The translations under genes and the position numbers were made by a program. Below are positions 32,689-44,185 of a stretch of DNA of 56,575 nucleotides, piece by piece. The first letter of the stretch is position 1. Every line of letters starts with the position of its first letter. The notes beneath the pieces were generated by a model. The model saw nothing but the letters and a program-made list of their open reading frames with translations, had not been told where the DNA came from and searched no databases. The stretch is from Candidatus Eiseniibacteriota bacterium (GTDB lineage Bacteria; Eisenbacteria; RBG-16-71-46; DASYSL01): the NCBI GenBank assembly GCA_046598045.1, contig JBKJJJ010000125.1, positions 1 to 56,575 of the forward strand, read 5' to 3'.

Positions 32689-35409
32689 ATGTCTCGCCTG
32701 ATGCTCCCCAGGCGCTTCCGCGCCGTATTCATGCTTGCGGTTTGCATTGCCGCCGCGCTTGCGGCGCGCGCGGACGTCGCGCTCGCCCAGGCCACCGGAA
32801 CGATCAGCGGCCGCGTCATGGCCGGCAAGGAACCGGGGGGCTACGCCAACGTCATCGTCGTGGGCACGCGCCGGGGCGCCCAGGCCGACGACGCGGGAAA
32901 CTTCACGATCACGCTTGTTCCCGTGGGCGCGCAGCAGGTCCGCGTGCTGCTCACGGGCTACGACGCCAAGACGCTGGCCGTGAACGTCAACGCGGGGCCG
33001 AATGCCGTCGGTACGATCAACCTCGGTGGCGAGCAGAAGGTGGTCAAGCAGATCGAGGAAGTGCGCGTCACCGCGCAGCGCATGATCGACACCAAGTCCT
33101 CGACCACCAAGCAGTCGGTCTCGGGCGAGACGCTCAAGGACCTCCCGGTCGAGAACCTGCGCGAGGCGGTCGGTCTCAAGGCCGGCATCGTCAACCAGGG
33201 CGGCGAGCTGCACGTGCGCGGCGGCCGTGGCGGCGAGGTCAAGTTCCAGATCGAGGGCATCGAGGTCGCGAACCCGCTGTTCGGCAACAGCGCCTCGATC
33301 GCGAACCTGTCGGTCGCGGGCGCGGACGTGCTCTCGGGCGGCTTCGACGCCGAGTACGGCAACGCGCTCTCCGGCGTGGTCAACATCACGACCCGCGAGG
33401 GCGGCGACAAGTTCGGCGGCGACATCCAGTGGCACACCGACCGCTACGGTGAGACCCAGAAGACGTTCAACAACTACGACCGCTGGACCGCCGGCCTCGG
33501 CGGCCCCACGCCGATCAAGAACCTGACCTACTTCCTGACCTACGAGGGTGTGTTCTCCGACACCTACCTCAATTCGGGACGGTCGCAGCAAACCAGCTCG
33601 TTCCTCGACTTCATCCGCCTGGGCAACCGGCAGTCGAACGAGATCAACACCAACGCCAAGTTCGCGTTCAAGCCCAAGTCGAACGAGAAACTGACGTTCG
33701 AGGCGATCAACAACCGGACGATCAACACCCCGTACAATCACGAGTGGAGCCGCAAGGGCTACGTCGCCGTGACCTACGACACGACGTCCACTCCCAGCGG
33801 CGACCCGCTGTATGTCCCCATTTACGGCAAGTGGTCGTTCTTCCAGGAAGACTCGACGTACCAGTTCCAGAACCTCGCGGACCACGTGCCGACGAACGAC
33901 ACGCGCTTCACGCAGTTCAAGTCGGTGTGGACGCACTCGCTGTCGCCCAAGGACGTGTACACGGTCCGGCTCTCGCGCTTCCGGTTCAACACCACCAACT
34001 CGGTCGGTGGCAAGGAGCCCTGGGAGTACGAGATTCGCTCGCCGCTGTACTGGTCGGGCAACCTCGACTTCGACCCGTTCTACGCCACGCACGGCGACTA
34101 CCCGACGTACAGCAAGCAGCTCACGACCACCTGGACCGCGAAGGCCGACTACACGACCACGCACTGGAAGGGCCACACGCTCAAGGGGGGCATCGAGAGC
34201 GTCTACAACTCGGTGAACCTGCTCTCGGTCCAGTTCCCGAACCAGGAGGCGCAGGGCCTGCCCGGCCTGAACCGCTCGGATTTCACGAACTACAATCCCG
34301 AGGGCTCGGCGTTCCTCCAGGATCGCTGGGAGTACGAGGGCCTCGTCCTCAATGCCGGCATGCGCTACGACCTGTTCACCCCGGGACCGCAGATCCCGGC
34401 GGCGGACCTGCCGAACGGCCGCTACAAGTCGCAGATCTCGCCGCGCCTCGGCATCGCCTACCCGATCTCCGACCGCGACGTGCTGAGCTTCCACTACGGT
34501 TGGACGTTCCAGACGCCGCAGCGCAACTTCGTGTTCGAGAACCGTGGCTCGCAGTCGACCGTGGCCGTCCGTGGCAACCCCGACCTCGCGCCGGAGACGA
34601 ACATCAGCTACCAGGCGGCCGTGCAGCACCTGTTCAGCAAGGACGTCTCCGGTCAGTTCTCGGTGTTCTTCAAGGACATCTTCGGCCTGATCGCGGTGCG
34701 CCAGCAGGTCGACAACCTGACCGGCCTGCTCGTCCCGGTGTACGTCAACCAGGACTACGCGTCCGCACGTGGCTTCGAGACTTCCATCGTCAAGCGTTTC
34801 AGCCACAAGTTCTCCGGGGAACTGAACTACACCTACTCGATCGCCACCGGCGTCGCGTCCGATCCGAACTCGGGCCTGCAGTTCGCCCAGGGCAACGCGC
34901 TCTACCTGCCGATCGCCGAGCAGGCGCTCGACTGGGACCAGCGGCACACGCTGAACGCGAACCTGATCCTGCGGGACCCGGGCAAGTGGGGCGTCACGTT
35001 CCTGTGGACGTTCGGCTCGGGGCTGCCGTTCACGCCGACGTTCCGCAACGATCGCAACCCGGATCCCAAGTTCGCGAACACGCGGCGCCTGCCGAGCCAG
35101 TCCGCGCTCTCGATCGTGGCTGACAAGTTCTTCCACATCTGGGGCCAGAACGTGACGTTCTTCCTCGACGCCCGCAACGTGCTGGACTCGACGCCGATCC
35201 AGAACCTTGCGCCGAACAACTTTCCGAATCCGTATGTCAACCAGATCGGGCAGGACTATCTCGTCTATTACACCGAGACCGGCCGGGCCGGTGGCGCGTA
35301 CCTGCGCGACACCAACGGCGATCGCGTCGACGATTGGGTCCCGGTCAACGATCCGCGCGTGTTCGCCGAGGGACGCAACGTCCGCGTCGGCGCCGGCGTG
35401 ACGTTCTAG
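32689..35409 (+). CDS. TonB-dependent receptor with N-terminal carboxypeptidase-regulatory-like domain
   Basis: Signal peptide ALA|QATGTISGRV; plug motifs LHVRGGR and SGGFDAEYGNALSGVVNITTREG; ISPRLGIAYP; C-terminal GRNVRVGAGVTF. Confidence 0.92.
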   Translation: MSRLMLPRRFRAVFMLAVCIAAALAARADVALAQATGTISGRVMAGKEPGGYANVIVVGTRRGAQADDAGNFTITLVPVGAQQVRVLLTGYDAKTLAVNVNAGPNAVGTINLGGEQKVVKQIEEVRVTAQRMIDTKSSTTKQSVSGETLKDLPVENLREAVGLKAGIVNQGGELHVRGGRGGEVKFQIEGIEVANPLFGNSASIANLSVAGADVLSGGFDAEYGNALSGVVNITTREGGDKFGGDIQWHTDRYGETQKTFNNYDRWTAGLGGPTPIKNLTYFLTYEGVFSDTYLNSGRSQQTSSFLDFIRLGNRQSNEINTNAKFAFKPKSNEKLTFEAINNRTINTPYNHEWSRKGYVAVTYDTTSTPSGDPLYVPIYGKWSFFQEDSTYQFQNLADHVPTNDTRFTQFKSVWTHSLSPKDVYTVRLSRFRFNTTNSVGGKEPWEYEIRSPLYWSGNLDFDPFYATHGDYPTYSKQLTTTWTAKADYTTTHWKGHTLKGGIESVYNSVNLLSVQFPNQEAQGLPGLNRSDFTNYNPEGSAFLQDRWEYEGLVLNAGMRYDLFTPGPQIPAADLPNGRYKSQISPRLGIAYPISDRDVLSFHYGWTFQTPQRNFVFENRGSQSTVAVRGNPDLAPETNISYQAAVQHLFSKDVSGQFSVFFKDIFGLIAVRQQVDNLTGLLVPVYVNQDYASARGFETSIVKRFSHKFSGELNYTYSIATGVASDPNSGLQFAQGNALYLPIAEQALDWDQRHTLNANLILRDPGKWGVTFLWTFGSGLPFTPTFRNDRNPDPKFANTRRLPSQSALSIVADKFFHIWGQNVTFFLDARNVLDSTPIQNLAPNNFPNPYVNQIGQDYLVYYTETGRAGGAYLRDTNGDRVDDWVPVNDPRVFAEGRNVRVGAGVTF

Positions 35410-35443
35410 GAAGAGGCAAGGGCTCATGCACAAGGAGTTCCGT

Positions 35444-38200
35444 GTGAATCGAAGCACGCGCGTCGTCCTTTCCGGCGTCCTCGGGCTCGTGGCCGTTGGC
35501 CTCGCGCTCGGCGTCGCCGTCCCTGCAAGCGCCCGCGTCCTCGACCGCGATCTGCAGGCGCTCGTCGACTCGTCGTCGGCCGGCCTCGATGGGCAGCCCG
35601 GATCGCTCAGAGGCGGCGGCCACGGGCCGCTCGGCCCGCAGGCCGTGCCCGAGATCAACGGACCGGGCCGCGTCTCCACGGTGGGGAACGTCTGGCTCAA
35701 GACCACCAACATCGGAGTCATGGGCAACCCCTTCACTGCGAACTCGTCGGATCCCTCGGCGCAGTGGCCGGGACCGTCGGGCAATGAGTTCCTGTTCTAC
35801 TGGGGACTCTGGGTGGGGGCGAAGAACCCCGAGGCTCAGGACCCTACGCAGGTGCGCCGCGTGAGCTCGAACACGGAGTGGCGCCCGCCGTCGCTCGCGC
35901 CCCAGGACCGCATCTACCAGTCGTACGACGGCCAGGTCGGCGGGCAGCGCGACTTCAACGACGACGGTGACCTCCTTGTGGACGAGGAGTTCCTCAACGG
36001 CAAGGACGACGACAACGACGGCCGGATCGACGAGGACTATGCCGCGATCTCCCAGCAGATGTTCTCGTGCGAGCTGCGCGACGACACCGAGCAGGCCGTC
36101 AACGCGAACTTCGCCGAGAAGCACGTGCCGTTCGGGCTGCTCGTCCGGCAGAGCACGTTCGCGTTCGCCGTCCCGGGTGCGAACGATTTCACGGCGGTCA
36201 ACTACGACATCTACAACCAGTCCGGCCACATGCTGGACTCGGTGTTCGTGGGCTTCGTCGTCGACCAGGACGTGGGTCCGACGGCGCTCGACCGCTACTT
36301 CTCCGACGACCTGCCGGACCCGCGCGTCCCGCAGGGGGACTTCCCCGAGAACCTGGTCCCGGGCATCGACCTCAACTACAACGCCGATTCCTGCGCGACC
36401 GACACCCTCCACGTGCGTGGGTTCAGCATGACCGACGACGACGGCGACCTCGGCAAGACCAACGCCGCGTCCTCGTTCATCTTGCTCGGCCACACCACGG
36501 ATCCGACGGGCATCAAGGGGCCGCGCACGGTGGGCTTCCGCATGTATCGCGCCTACCTGCCGGGCACGCCGTACGTGCAGGGCGGATCGCCGACGGTCGA
36601 TCTCGAGCGTTTCCAGACGCTCGCGTTCGGGCTCAGCGCGGCGGCTGCGCCGGTCGGCATCGACCCGGTGACGGGGCTGATCAACGAGGAGCGTCCCGAC
36701 GAGTCCACGAAGACCGATTACTTCTCGATCTGCTCGGTCGGGCCTTACCTGCAGTGGGAAAACGGGGAAAAGATCTCCGTCCAGGTCGCGCTCGCGGTCC
36801 AGCGCTGCGATTACACGCGACCGCCGAACAATCCGGCGAGCCCGGACCAGCCGAACCCCGATCGCTACTCGGCCATGATCAGCAACGCGATCGAGGCCCA
36901 GAAGACGTTCCGCGGCAAGTACCAGCCGGTAACGGCCGGCCAGCCGACGCCCGACCGGATCGGCCGGGAGACCGGCTTGATCGCGCCTCCGGGCCAGCAG
37001 TTCGAGCGCGCCGACTGCCACGACGAGGAGAGCGGCACGACCCGGACGGTCGAGGACGACCACTACACGTGGTTCGACTTCGACTGCAACTACTGCACGG
37101 GCGTCGCGGGCGCGCTCCTCAAGAACTGGCTCGCCGCCGCACCACCGCCGAATCCCGACCTGCGCCTGACCCCGGGAGACCGCAAGGTCACGATCGAGTG
37201 GGACAACCTGAGCGAAATCACGCCCGACCCCTCGACCGGCCTGCTCGACTTCAAGGCGTACCGCATCTGGAAGGCCTCGAACTTCACGCGCCCGGTCGGC
37301 GCGTCGGGTCCGTCCGAGGAACTCTGGGCGCTGCTGGCCGAGCTCAAGGGCTACGATTACCTGACGCCGCTGCGCGACTCGGTGGACTTCGGGGCCGACG
37401 GCATGCCGAACACGGGGGACGCGGGCGAGGGCGACGGCATCAAGGAGCTCAAGCTCACGGCGCCGGTGCTGCTCAACGTGCAGAGCGGGCTGCGCATCTT
37501 CCCGAGCGACATCACGCCGTGCGCCGCCGGCTCGTCGCTCATCAACGGCACCTGCCCGCCGGCCGGCACGGCGCCCGGGGACACCGCCTACTTCATCGGC
37601 GCGCGCAAGTACCTGACTCCGGCCGGGGTTCCGGTCACGGAGCCCAATTACAAGATCGCGATCTACCCGGTGGGCCGCTACAAGTACGTCGACCAGAACG
37701 TGCTCAACGGGTTCGTCTACTTCTACTCGGTCACCGCGAAGGACTCGACCGGACAGCGCGACGTCAACGGCGGGCGCGGAACCCTGGCGGAGCAGGAGGG
37801 CCGGCGCTCGGCCGTGGAGTCCGACGGGGTGACGCCGCAGTCCGCCGCCGCGGCTTCGGCGAAGCAGATTTTCGTGGTGCCGAATCCGTATCGCGGTCGT
37901 GCCCAGTGGGACCTGACGCCGAACGCAGCCGATCCGACCGGGACCCACGTCGACTTCTTCAACATGCCGGCCGGGGCATGGACCCTGCGCATCTTCACGA
38001 TCGCCGGCGACCTCGTGCAGACGCTCCGGGCGGACGATCTGCAGACCAACGGGAAGCAGCAGAAGGAGAATGATGCCGACGGCCAGGCGACGTGGAACCT
38101 GATTTCTCGCAATGGGCAGGACGTCGTGAGCGGCATCTATATGTTCAGCGTGGAATCGCAGGTCGGAACTTCGAGGGGCAAGTTCGTCATCATCCGCTGA
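35444..38200 (+). CDS. Large secreted protein with Asp-rich Ca-binding-like motifs and a T9SS-type/FlgD-Ig-like C-terminal domain
   Basis: GTG start with SD AAGGAG; signal peptide ASA|R; DxxDDGD motifs; C-terminal VVPNPY...LRIFTIAGDLV...WNL...SGIYMFSV...GKFVIIR. Confidence 0.8.
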   Translation: MNRSTRVVLSGVLGLVAVGLALGVAVPASARVLDRDLQALVDSSSAGLDGQPGSLRGGGHGPLGPQAVPEINGPGRVSTVGNVWLKTTNIGVMGNPFTANSSDPSAQWPGPSGNEFLFYWGLWVGAKNPEAQDPTQVRRVSSNTEWRPPSLAPQDRIYQSYDGQVGGQRDFNDDGDLLVDEEFLNGKDDDNDGRIDEDYAAISQQMFSCELRDDTEQAVNANFAEKHVPFGLLVRQSTFAFAVPGANDFTAVNYDIYNQSGHMLDSVFVGFVVDQDVGPTALDRYFSDDLPDPRVPQGDFPENLVPGIDLNYNADSCATDTLHVRGFSMTDDDGDLGKTNAASSFILLGHTTDPTGIKGPRTVGFRMYRAYLPGTPYVQGGSPTVDLERFQTLAFGLSAAAAPVGIDPVTGLINEERPDESTKTDYFSICSVGPYLQWENGEKISVQVALAVQRCDYTRPPNNPASPDQPNPDRYSAMISNAIEAQKTFRGKYQPVTAGQPTPDRIGRETGLIAPPGQQFERADCHDEESGTTRTVEDDHYTWFDFDCNYCTGVAGALLKNWLAAAPPPNPDLRLTPGDRKVTIEWDNLSEITPDPSTGLLDFKAYRIWKASNFTRPVGASGPSEELWALLAELKGYDYLTPLRDSVDFGADGMPNTGDAGEGDGIKELKLTAPVLLNVQSGLRIFPSDITPCAAGSSLINGTCPPAGTAPGDTAYFIGARKYLTPAGVPVTEPNYKIAIYPVGRYKYVDQNVLNGFVYFYSVTAKDSTGQRDVNGGRGTLAEQEGRRSAVESDGVTPQSAAAASAKQIFVVPNPYRGRAQWDLTPNAADPTGTHVDFFNMPAGAWTLRIFTIAGDLVQTLRADDLQTNGKQQKENDADGQATWNLISRNGQDVVSGIYMFSVESQVGTSRGKFVIIR

Positions 38201-38254
38201 GGCGGGAACACCGGCGGAGCCCTCGGAGGGCCGCCTCACAGAGGAGGGAACAGC

Positions 38255-39199
38255 GTGAAGCACTTGTGGATCGCGATGGCAATCATCGGAATCGCCGCGG
38301 GACCCGCGCGTTCCGCCCAGATCTTCGAGAAGGTCGGGACGTTCGACGGCCAGTTCCTGAAGATCGGGATCGGCGCGCGCGCTGCGGGCATGGGCGGCGC
38401 GTACGTCGCCGTGGCCGACGACCCGAGCGCGGTGTTCTGGAATGCCGCCGGAATCGCCCGCCTCGAGGAGGACAAGACCTCGGTGCAGGTCAATCACATC
38501 GAGTGGCCCGCGTCGGTCAATATCGACCAGGCTACGCTCGTATTCCACCTCAAGAAGCTTCCGGGCGCAATCGCGGTCAATGCCCGCTCGCTCTCGATCG
38601 CCGACGACGTGGTGCGCGACTCGTTCCGCCCCGACGGCACCGGCGAGTTCTTCGACGCGGGTTACTCGTCGTTCGGGCTGACCTACGCGCGCTCGTTCAC
38701 CGACAAGTTCTCGGCGGGCGCGACCATCAACCTGGTGCGGCTCGGCCTCGCCGAGTTCTCGCAACAGACGATTGCCTTCGACCTCGGCACGCTTTACGAC
38801 GTGGGCGTGGCGGGCATGAAGATCGGGTTCGCGATCCAGAACATCGGCGGCCAGGTGCAGTTCATCGACCGCCAGTCGCGCATCCCGACCGTGTTCCGCG
38901 TGGGCACGTCGGCGGACCTGATCAAGACCGGTTCCAACCGGCTGATCGGCTCGTTCGAGTTCTCGCACCCGCCGGATAACTCCGAGCGCCTCAACGGAGG
39001 CATGGAGTACGGGTTCAAGGACTTCCTGTTCCTGCGGGGTGGCTACAATTTCAACTACGACTCCGAGGGTCTCGCGGCCGGCGCCGGCGTGAAGTTCCCG
39101 GTCGCTCCGCTGAAGACCAACGCCACGTTCGACTACGCCTACACGGACATGAAGACGCTGGGCGCGGGGCACCGCCTCTCGCTCAACATTCGCTTTTAG
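38255..39199 (+). CDS. PorV/PorQ-family (UPF0164-like) outer membrane barrel
   Basis: FLKIGIGARAAGMGGAYVAVADDPSAVFWNAAGIA, FDLG, DYAY..HRLSL; C-terminal Phe. Confidence 0.88.
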   Translation: MKHLWIAMAIIGIAAGPARSAQIFEKVGTFDGQFLKIGIGARAAGMGGAYVAVADDPSAVFWNAAGIARLEEDKTSVQVNHIEWPASVNIDQATLVFHLKKLPGAIAVNARSLSIADDVVRDSFRPDGTGEFFDAGYSSFGLTYARSFTDKFSAGATINLVRLGLAEFSQQTIAFDLGTLYDVGVAGMKIGFAIQNIGGQVQFIDRQSRIPTVFRVGTSADLIKTGSNRLIGSFEFSHPPDNSERLNGGMEYGFKDFLFLRGGYNFNYDSEGLAAGAGVKFPVAPLKTNATFDYAYTDMKTLGAGHRLSLNIRF

Positions 39200-39220
39200 G
39201 CCCGTCAGGGGGGACTCGCT

Positions 39221-40735
39221 ACGCGCCTGGACCGTCGCCCCCTGACCTGGCTGGTTGCCCTGTGCGCGCTGGTCGTGAGCGCGGCGGGGCCGGCTCGCGC
39301 CGGCGTCGATCCCGACCGGGATCGGCCGCTGCCCTGGCGGAGCGAGGGTCGCCTGCTGTTCGTGGTCGACGTCACGCCCGGACCCGGGCCCGACGGCAAG
39401 ACGCGCGCCGATGTCGCGCTCCGCATCCCCGGCGACCAGCTCAAGTACGTGGATCGCGGCGACTCCCTGGTCGCCCAGGTCCAGCTCACGGTGGAGTTCC
39501 GCACGCGCTTCGGCAAGCCCGAGCGCACCGACCGCCGCAGGCTCACCGTGATCGCGCCGCCGCGCACCGCCAGCGGGTACAGCCCCGGCCACCTCCTGCT
39601 CGAGAGTTACAACGTGCCGCCCGGTGCGCACCAGATTCGGGTGCGGATCGAGGACCTGCAGCAGCCCAAGCGCGGCCTCGTGTACGTGGGACGGCGCGTG
39701 CCCGAGAAGGGCGTCGCCGAGGGCCTGACCACGATCCCCGCCTTCGCCAGGGACAAGCTCACGGTAAGCCGCCCGCTGCTCTCCTGGCCGCAGGGTGCAC
39801 TCGATCAGGCCGACTCCGCGAAGGTGGCGTTGGGCGCGTTCGTCCGGGTCCCGGGCGGCGCGCCGGTCGTGCCCAATCCCGACCGCACCTACGGGCTCTA
39901 CGCCCCGATCGCCCGCGGCTACTTCGAGGTGCGTCCCGCGGAGGGCTCCGGCGCCGAGGCGGATACGGTCGTCGCGCGCGTGCGTGCGCTCGACGGCGGG
40001 CTGATCGCCGTCCTCGACTCGACGCTGATCACCGAGGACGGTCCGTGGGCCGGGCGGCTCGGCTTCGACGTCTCCACTCTGCCCGCGGGCGCGTACGACC
40101 TCGAGGTCGACGTCCGCGGGCAAAGGGGCCGCGCGCAATCGACCAGCCGCTTCAACGTCGCGTGGCGCCGCGAATCGTGGGAACGCGACCCGCGCGAGTT
40201 CCTCGAGGAGGCGCACTTCCTGCTCGACGATCCGGACCAGGAACTGCGCTATGCCGAGTCCACGGCGGGCGAGCAGGAGGCCTGGCTCGACCGCTACTGG
40301 CGCGAGAAGGACCCGACGCCGCTGACCGCGCAGAACGAGGAGCGCGATCGCTTCCGCGCACGCGTCCAGTACGCGAACGACCACTTCTCGATCGACGGCG
40401 TGGTCAAGGGCATGCTCTCGGACCGCGGACGCATCTACCTCAAGTTCGGCGAGCCCGACGACATCCGCCAGCAGGTGATCCCGACCGGCGACCACTCCCT
40501 GACCAACATCGCGGCCGAGATCGCAAACGAGGACGACCCCGCATACATCCAGTTGCGCAAGCCCGGTGGCATCGGCGCCGACGAGCGGCCGTTCGAGATC
40601 TGGACCTACAATCGGGCGACCGAGTCCCAGGTCGAGCGCGCGCGCCATGGATCCCAGACGCGCATGACGCGCAAGTTCGTGTTCGTCGACGAGCGGGGCT
40701 ACGGCGACTACTCGCTCAAGTATTCGAGCGAATAG
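39221..40735 (+). CDS. GWxTD domain-containing exported protein
   Basis: YWREKDPTP..NE...RVQYANDHF...GMLSDRGRIYLKFGEPD, EIWTY, FVFVD; start probably ACG 39221 or CTG 39227 (first GTG is 39275). Confidence 0.85.
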   Translation, partial: TRLDRRPLTWLVALCALVVSAAGPARAGVDPDRDRPLPWRSEGRLLFVVDVTPGPGPDGKTRADVALRIPGDQLKYVDRGDSLVAQVQLTVEFRTRFGKPERTDRRRLTVIAPPRTASGYSPGHLLLESYNVPPGAHQIRVRIEDLQQPKRGLVYVGRRVPEKGVAEGLTTIPAFARDKLTVSRPLLSWPQGALDQADSAKVALGAFVRVPGGAPVVPNPDRTYGLYAPIARGYFEVRPAEGSGAEADTVVARVRALDGGLIAVLDSTLITEDGPWAGRLGFDVSTLPAGAYDLEVDVRGQRGRAQSTSRFNVAWRRESWERDPREFLEEAHFLLDDPDQELRYAESTAGEQEAWLDRYWREKDPTPLTAQNEERDRFRARVQYANDHFSIDGVVKGMLSDRGRIYLKFGEPDDIRQQVIPTGDHSLTNIAAEIANEDDPAYIQLRKPGGIGADERPFEIWTYNRATESQVERARHGSQTRMTRKFVFVDERGYGDYSLKYSSE

Positions 40736-40765
40736 CCAGGGCCCTCGTCCCGCGCCCGCGGGGCC

Positions 40766-40794
40766 TTGACCCGGTCCCTTGGGCCCGATAGAGT
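40766..40794 (+). promoter_or_regulatory. Putative sigma-70 promoter for the glycolysis operon
   Basis: TTGACC-N17-TAGAGT. Confidence 0.6.
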
Positions 40795-40839
40795 CCGCAG
40801 CACGCCTTTCGCATCCACGTCCATCCCCGAGGATCCCTC

Positions 40840-42910
<2,071 letters not shown>

Positions 42911-42927
42911 GCGCCCAAGGAGAGCCC

Positions 42928-44175
42928 GTGGCTGCAATGGCCCTCGATCGCCTGACGCTGCGCGACCTCGACGTCGACGGCAAGCGGGTGCTCCTGCGCG
43001 TGGACTACAACGTGCCGCTGGACGCGGATGGCGCCGTGTCCGACGACACCCGCCTGGTCGCGACGCTGCCCACGATCCGTTACCTGTTCGAGAAGGGCGC
43101 GTCGATCGTGCTGATGTCGCACCTCGGCCGGCCGAAGGGCAAGCCCGACGCGAAGTACTCGCTCGCCCCGGTCGCGAAGCGCCTCGAGCGCCTGCTGCGC
43201 CAGCCGGTGCCGCTCGCGCCCGATTGCGTGGGCGAGGCCACGGCGGCGATGGCCCTGGCGCTCAAGCCGGGCAAGTTGCTCCTGCTCGAGAACCTGCGCT
43301 TTCACGCCGAGGAGGAGGCGAACGACCCGGCGTTCGCGGCGGCGCTCGCGCAGCTGGGCGACGTCTACGTCAACGACGCGTTCGGCACGGCGCACCGCGC
43401 TCATGCCTCGACCGTCGGCGTGCCCGAGCGCCTGCGCCCCGCGGCCGCCGGTTTCCTCATGCAGAAGGAACTCGAGTACCTCGGGAGCGCGCTCGCCGAC
43501 CCCGCGCGCCCGTTCGCGGCGATCGTGGGCGGGGCGAAGATCTCGAGCAAGATGCCGGTGCTCGAACACCTGCTCGGCGTCTGTGACCGCGTGCTGGTCG
43601 GCGGCGCGATGATGTTCACGTTCCTGCGCGCGCAGGGGCTCGGCACCGGCCAGTCGCTGGTCGAGGACGGGTTCGTCGAGGCGGCGAGGAGCTTCCTCAC
43701 CCAGGCGCGCGAGCAGGAGGTCGACGTCGTCCTGCCGGTGGACGCGCGCTGGTCGATGAGCCTCGAGGGCGACCTGCCGGTCACCGTGCACGAGGTTCAG
43801 GCGCTGCCCGAGAGGGGCTTTGGCGTGGACATCGGACCCGAGACCGAGTCGCTGTTCGCGGGCGTGCTCGGCGACTGCCGCACGGTGGTCTGGAACGGTC
43901 CCATGGGCATCTTCGAGCAGGCCCCGTTCGCGCACGGGACGCTCGCGGTCGCGCGCACGCTCGCCGCGCTCACCCGGGAACGCGACGCGATCACGATCGT
44001 GGGCGGCGGCGACTCGGCCGCCGCGCTCGAGAAGTCGGGGCTCGCCGACCGCGTCAGCCACGTCTCGACCGGCGGGGGTGCGTCGCTGGAGTTCCTCGAG
44101 GGCAAGGTCCTGCCCGGCGTCGCCGCCCTTTCGCCGCGCGCCGAGGCCGGCGCCGCGCCCCCGCTCCCGTCATGA
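42928..44175 (+). CDS. pgk: Phosphoglycerate kinase
   Basis: RVDYNVP, SHLGRP, DAFGTAHR, WNGPMG, STGGGASLE; start GTG 42928 or ATG 42937. Confidence 0.98.
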   Translation: MAAMALDRLTLRDLDVDGKRVLLRVDYNVPLDADGAVSDDTRLVATLPTIRYLFEKGASIVLMSHLGRPKGKPDAKYSLAPVAKRLERLLRQPVPLAPDCVGEATAAMALALKPGKLLLLENLRFHAEEEANDPAFAAALAQLGDVYVNDAFGTAHRAHASTVGVPERLRPAAAGFLMQKELEYLGSALADPARPFAAIVGGAKISSKMPVLEHLLGVCDRVLVGGAMMFTFLRAQGLGTGQSLVEDGFVEAARSFLTQAREQEVDVVLPVDARWSMSLEGDLPVTVHEVQALPERGFGVDIGPETESLFAGVLGDCRTVVWNGPMGIFEQAPFAHGTLAVARTLAALTRERDAITIVGGGDSAAALEKSGLADRVSHVSTGGGASLEFLEGKVLPGVAALSPRAEAGAAPPLPS

Positions 44176-44185
44176 CGGCGACCCG

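Noticed and set aside
32344..35784. 1146-aa minus-strand ORF
   Set aside because: Codon-for-codon mirror of the TonB-dependent receptor; typical high-GC artefact.
35345..40648. 1767-aa minus-strand ORF
   Set aside because: Antisense shadow of three same-frame plus-strand genes with strong GC3 bias; no recognisable motifs.
38255..40735. Stop-codon readthrough fusion of the PorV-like and GWxTD genes (same frame, single TAG)
   Set aside because: The barrel ends in a proper C-terminal Phe, and the downstream frame has its own SD and signal peptide; independent initiation is more plausible.
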